A stretch of 64,000 nucleotides of DNA from an uncultured Candidatus Saccharibacteria bacterium (lineage in GTDB: Bacteria; Patescibacteriota; Saccharimonadia; CAILAD01; BJGX01): positions 68,539 to 132,538 of the forward strand of contig CAZWVB010000001.1 in NCBI GenBank assembly GCA_964637185.1, read 5' to 3'. A program made the translations under genes and the position numbers. The notes under the pieces are model-generated. The model saw only the letters and a program-made list of their open reading frames with translations, searched no databases and was not told the DNA's origin. Positions 60,531-64,000 of this stretch are shown piece after piece (position 1 is the stretch's first letter; each line of letters opens with the position of its first letter).

Positions 60531-61193
60531 ATGAACAAGATCGAGGCACTCGAGCAGACTATGAAGAAGGCCAAGATCGCCGATATCCGTGTCGGCGATA
60601 CTGTGCGCGTGCACCAGAAAATCCGTGAAGGCAACAAGACCCGTGTACAGGTATTCGAAGGATTGGTGATACGTTACCGCAAGGTTAATAGCCTGGCGGC
60701 TTATCTGACAGTACGCAAGATAGCTAGTGGTGTGGGTGTAGAGAAGAGCTGGTTTGTACACAGTCCCAATGTCGAGAAGATTCAGGTAGTCAAACGTAGC
60801 CGTGTGCGCCGCGCCTTCTTGACCTATATGCGGGAGCGCCGAGGTAAATCTGCCCGTCTAGCCGAAGCTGAGTTTGACAAGACAGTTGCCAATCAAGCAG
60901 ATGATCGTACAGCCGCCCAAATCGCTAATGAAGAGCAGAAGAAGATTGCCGATGAGGAGCAGAAGCTGGATGGTGACAAAGCCGCCAAAGATGATGCCCT
61001 CAACCAATCTGATACCGAAGAGATCGATACCGAAGTCAAGAAAGAGGACAAAGAAGCCGCCAAAGACGACGTCAATAGTGCCCAAGATGATCTCGCCGAT
61101 GGCGCCACTGTCGATGACAAAGTCAATGAAAGTGGCGACGACGAAGCCGCTCTGCCCGCCGAAGAGATCAAAGAAAAAGCCGATATTGACTGA
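60531..61193 (+). CDS. rplS: 50S ribosomal protein L19 with about 100-aa acidic/Lys-rich C-terminal extension
   Basis: L19 core (RVGDTVRVH...RVQVFEGLVI...GVGVEKSW) then low-complexity tail. Confidence 0.85.
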   Translation: MNKIEALEQTMKKAKIADIRVGDTVRVHQKIREGNKTRVQVFEGLVIRYRKVNSLAAYLTVRKIASGVGVEKSWFVHSPNVEKIQVVKRSRVRRAFLTYMRERRGKSARLAEAEFDKTVANQADDRTAAQIANEEQKKIADEEQKLDGDKAAKDDALNQSDTEEIDTEVKKEDKEAAKDDVNSAQDDLADGATVDDKVNESGDDEAALPAEEIKEKADID

Positions 61194-61285
61194 ATCCTCT
61201 AGCCTAAAATAAGTCTGGATTGATAAGACCCAATTGGGTCTTTTTTGATATACTGATGGGCATGAGGGTGAGTGCAGGTTATCGT

Positions 61286-61867
61286 ATGGAGAACAAATTG
61301 CGCCGAGATGGCAAACTTTTGATATGCGGCATCGATGAGGTCGGCCGGGGCTGTCTGGCAGGGCCGCTGGTGGCTGCTGCCGTAGTACTGCCCGAGGGCT
61401 GTCGGCTAAAGTTGCACGATTCCAAGCTGGTCAGTCGCGATGATCGCGAAGAGCTTGCACCCAAGATCAAAGCCAAAGCTATTGGCTATGGTCTGGGCTG
61501 GGTGAGTAATACTGAGATAGACGAGCTCGGTATGACTTGGGCATTGACCCTTGCCTACGAGCGTGCACTCGAAGACATCAATGTTGATATTAGTACCATC
61601 ATCATCGATGGTAATTACAATTATCTTTCCGAATACGAGATAGCTGAGACACTCGTCAAAGCAGATCAGAAGGTGGCCTGTGTGGCAGCCGCTAGTATCA
61701 TCGCAAAGGTAGCGCGCGATCAATATATGTATGAGTTTTGCCGGAAATATCCTGAGTATTGCTGGGACACCAATGTCGGCTACGCTACACGTGCCCATCG
61801 AGATGCCATAGCCGAGTACGGATTGACTGACCTGCATCGCCAGAGCTTTTGTAAAAACTTTGTATAG
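61286..61867 (+). CDS. rnhB: ribonuclease HII
   Basis: ICGIDEVGRGCLAGPLV catalytic DE motif. Confidence 0.85.
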   Translation: MENKLRRDGKLLICGIDEVGRGCLAGPLVAAAVVLPEGCRLKLHDSKLVSRDDREELAPKIKAKAIGYGLGWVSNTEIDELGMTWALTLAYERALEDINVDISTIIIDGNYNYLSEYEIAETLVKADQKVACVAAASIIAKVARDQYMYEFCRKYPEYCWDTNVGYATRAHRDAIAEYGLTDLHRQSFCKNFV

Positions 61868-61911
61868 GGCTTGTGCTCGCAACTACATAGCCCGTTGCTT
61901 ATTATTGTTCT

Positions 61912-62280
61912 ATGGCACAGCACAATATTGATGGCCACATCGCTGAACAACTAGCTTGTGATCATTTGCAGTCTCAAAAGTATAAGTTAGTGGAGCGCAA
62001 CTACCGCAACCGCTACTGTGAGATAGATATCATTGCCGCTCGCAAGTCCGAATTGGTGTTTGTCGAGGTCAAATATCGTCGCAGTGACTCACATGGTGGG
62101 CCGCTAGGAGCTGTCGGCTACTACAAAGCACAGCAGCTAGAGTTCGGGGCTCAGCTCTGGCTCAGCGAGCATCCGCGCTACGACGTCTATGGCAAACGAA
62201 TTGATGTGATAGCAATCACTGGTCCGATTGAAAATCCGTCAATTCAACAGATAGAAAATGCGGTCGGCACAAATATCTAA
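61912..62280 (+). CDS. yraN: YraN family (UPF0102) endonuclease-like protein
   Basis: GE-x-AE N-terminus, EIDIIA and VEVK motifs of UPF0102. Confidence 0.75.
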   Translation: MAQHNIDGHIAEQLACDHLQSQKYKLVERNYRNRYCEIDIIAARKSELVFVEVKYRRSDSHGGPLGAVGYYKAQQLEFGAQLWLSEHPRYDVYGKRIDVIAITGPIENPSIQQIENAVGTNI

Positions 62281-62297
62281 AAACTTTAATTAGCACT

Positions 62298-62327
62298 CTT
62301 GACAGGCGAGTGCCAACGGCGCTACAA
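62298..62327 (+). promoter_or_regulatory. sigma70-like promoter (TTGACA-18-TACAAT) in nusA leader
   Basis: Consensus hexamers read directly. Confidence 0.5.
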
Positions 62328-62357
62328 TGGGATTATTCTGATACGGGAAGGATATCA

Positions 62358-62406
62358 GTCGGTAAGTAACACAAACTTTGGTGTTGTGAGTAGCCGACTT
62401 TTTTTG
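62358..62406 (+). terminator. intrinsic terminator / candidate attenuator in nusA leader (GTCGG...CCGAC stem with inner AACAC/GTGTT hairpin + TTTTTTT)
   Basis: Located downstream of the promoter and 45 nt upstream of the nusA ATG. Confidence 0.45.
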
Positions 62407-62451
62407 TCCCAAAAGTTCAGAGCACAATTGAATAATCGAAAGGATACAGAA

Positions 62452-63705
62452 ATGAATCAGAACAACCAATTTGCCTCGGCAATTGACCAAATATGTGAAG
62501 AAAAAGGACTTAGCAAGGACGTAGTGATCGAAGCTATCGAAGCCGCCCTGGCTGCTGCCTACAAGAAAGACTTTGGCGACAAAGACCAGGAGGTCCGTGT
62601 GGTATTTGACCCCAATACTGCTGAGTCTCGTATATTTGTAAGCAAAGAAGTTGTGGCTGATGTCGAACATCCCGATATTCAGATGAGCCTGACGGATGCC
62701 CAGAAGATCAAGGACGACGCTGCTATAGGTGACATGGTGGAATATGAGGTACATGAGAATGACTTCGGCCGCGTAGCTGCTCAGACCGCCAAGCAGGTGA
62801 TAGTACAGCGCATTCGCGAGGCTGAGCGCGATGTGATCTTCGGTGAATTTAGTGACAAAGAGGGCACAATTGTAAATACTACAGTGCAGCGGGTGGAAAA
62901 CGGCAATGTCTACGTCGATCTAGGCAAGGCTACTGGCGTGATATTTCCCAATGACCAGATCAATGGCGAACGCTATTATCCTGGCCAACGCATCAAAGTC
63001 TATGTAGTGCGCGTCGAACAAACTCAGCGCGGACCACAGATCGTAGTCAGTCGTACTCATCCAGAAATGATTCGTAAGCTGTTTGAGATGGAAGTCCCAG
63101 AAATAGCTGCTGGCTCAGTTGAGATCGCTGGTATCGCTCGCGAGGCTGGAGGCCGTAGCAAGATAGCTGTCAAAAGCAACGCTGAGGGCGTAGACCCAGT
63201 CGGTACATTTGTCGGTGGCCGTGGCACCCGTGTACAAGCCGTGATGGCCGAGCTCGGTGAAGAGAAGATAGATATCATCAACTATAGTGAAGACCCAGCT
63301 GAATATATCGCTTCGGCTCTGTCGCCTACCAAAGTAGTGTCGGTCAAACTCGATGAAGAGAACAAGAAAGCCTTGGTCAAAGTACCTGAGGATCAACTCA
63401 GCCTAGCTATCGGCAAGGCTGGTCAAAATGTCCGCTTGGCCGCCAAGCTGACAGGCTGGAATGTCGACATCGACGGTGCCGATGACTCCGGTGTCGAAGC
63501 TACCGCTGAAGCCAGTGCTGAGAAGCCAGCCAAGAAAAAGACGGGCGATCTCGAAGATTCACTGATTGCCAGTATTAGTACAGACGAAGATCCAGCCAAA
63601 CAGGTAGAAGCTACTGAGGCTGCTGATGCGGTTAATACCGACGAGGCTGCCGAAGCCAATGCTGAGAAGTCAGAGGCTGAGCCCAAAGCTGACGACAAAG
63701 CATAA
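62452..63705 (+). CDS. nusA: transcription termination/antitermination factor NusA (with acidic C-terminal tail)
   Basis: N-terminal domain, S1 and KH domains (GMIIG-like); the ORF-track upstream extension is non-coding leader. Confidence 0.9.
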   Translation: MNQNNQFASAIDQICEEKGLSKDVVIEAIEAALAAAYKKDFGDKDQEVRVVFDPNTAESRIFVSKEVVADVEHPDIQMSLTDAQKIKDDAAIGDMVEYEVHENDFGRVAAQTAKQVIVQRIREAERDVIFGEFSDKEGTIVNTTVQRVENGNVYVDLGKATGVIFPNDQINGERYYPGQRIKVYVVRVEQTQRGPQIVVSRTHPEMIRKLFEMEVPEIAAGSVEIAGIAREAGGRSKIAVKSNAEGVDPVGTFVGGRGTRVQAVMAELGEEKIDIINYSEDPAEYIASALSPTKVVSVKLDEENKKALVKVPEDQLSLAIGKAGQNVRLAAKLTGWNVDIDGADDSGVEATAEASAEKPAKKKTGDLEDSLIASISTDEDPAKQVEATEAADAVNTDEAAEANAEKSEAEPKADDKA

Positions 63706-63758
63706 CAAGCATGTAGTTTGGTGCCAGTTTGTGGCACAATATAGATAGGAGGATGCCA

Positions 63759-64000
63759 ATGCAAGACGAACAATTCCCAAGCCAATTTGATCGCTTTACG
63801 CAGAATGCCAAGAAGAGTCTGGAATATGCTGGGCAATTTGCTTTGAGCACCGGTAGTACCTATGTGGGTACCGAGCATTTGCTGGTGGGTATACTCAAGA
63901 CCAACACTAGTCTGGGTGCTCGACTATTGGCTGATGCCGGTGTCAGTCTCGACAAAATAGATCTAAGCAATATGCAGTCGGCAACCCAGGCAGACGCCTC
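63759..64000 (+). CDS. Clp ATPase (ClpC/ClpB-type) N-terminal domain; 3' end beyond window
   Basis: Clp_N repeat (YVGTEHLLVGILK); AGGAGG RBS. Confidence 0.7.
   Translation, partial: MQDEQFPSQFDRFTQNAKKSLEYAGQFALSTGSTYVGTEHLLVGILKTNTSLGARLLADAGVSLDKIDLSNMQSATQADA

Noticed and set aside
60858-61212. ORFs on both strands across the rplS tail
   Set aside because: Artefacts of the low-complexity GAA/AAG-rich tail.
62299-62451. ORF-track extension of nusA to 62299
   Set aside because: Upstream part contains the promoter and a terminator hairpin. NusA homology begins at Met 62452, which has a proper spacing to an AAAGGA RBS.

Overview
The window is a 64-kb stretch of a compact, medium-GC (about 45-50%) bacterial chromosome with mostly small, tightly packed and often overlapping genes.

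The gene content (split transketolase, archaeal-type ProRS, DsbA/VKOR disulfide system, many small secreted hydrolases, tRNA clusters) suggests a reduced-genome, possibly CPR/Saccharibacteria-like organism; this is inference only.

Core content:
- P-type ATPase 3' end
- proS
- xth
- rpmG
- DsbA-like / VKOR / thioredoxin-fold trio
- gap-rpiB-rpe-tktN-tktC-2xPfkB pentose-phosphate block
- trxB and a glutaredoxin-like gene
- four-gene secreted peptidoglycan-hydrolase cluster (CHAP, M23 and two small paralogs)
- uvrB / uvrA / uvrC
- secG, ABC substrate-binding protein, Rpf-like transglycosylase, FAD oxidase, folD
- eight tRNAs (3 Leu, 2 Val, Gly, Phe, Cys)
- lemA, M15 peptidase, htpX, ligA
- gatC-gatA-(inserted ORF)-gatB
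- ytxG/ytxH-like pair
- dnaE, rplS, rnhB, yraN, nusA and the 5' end of a Clp ATPase

Non-core observations worth a second look:
1. Six short (0.45-0.85 kb) sharply GC-rich (about 60-67%) islets, each encoding 1-2 small proteins with their own RBS and GC-rich hairpin terminator, scattered between core genes; they look like foreign acquisitions.
2. A family of secreted proteins sharing a conserved, unusually long Lys-rich signal-anchor leader (KKSSTLAKQQxQHFKWYY + TM + R[FY]SxA|[GS]), including a recent tandem pair.
3. A diverged duplicate of the xth 3' end flanking an 0.83-kb AT-rich insert.
4. A tRNA-Leu(GAG) preceded by two tandem 112-bp units, each carrying the 5' tRNA half broken in the anticodon loop, with a nucleotidyltransferase gene immediately downstream.
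5. A roughly 500-nt ORF-less, hairpin-rich spacer upstream of proS with tRNA-like and RNase-P-like fragments that I could not assign.
6. A promoter plus intrinsic-terminator leader in front of nusA.

No rRNA, CRISPR array, transposase or integrase was seen.
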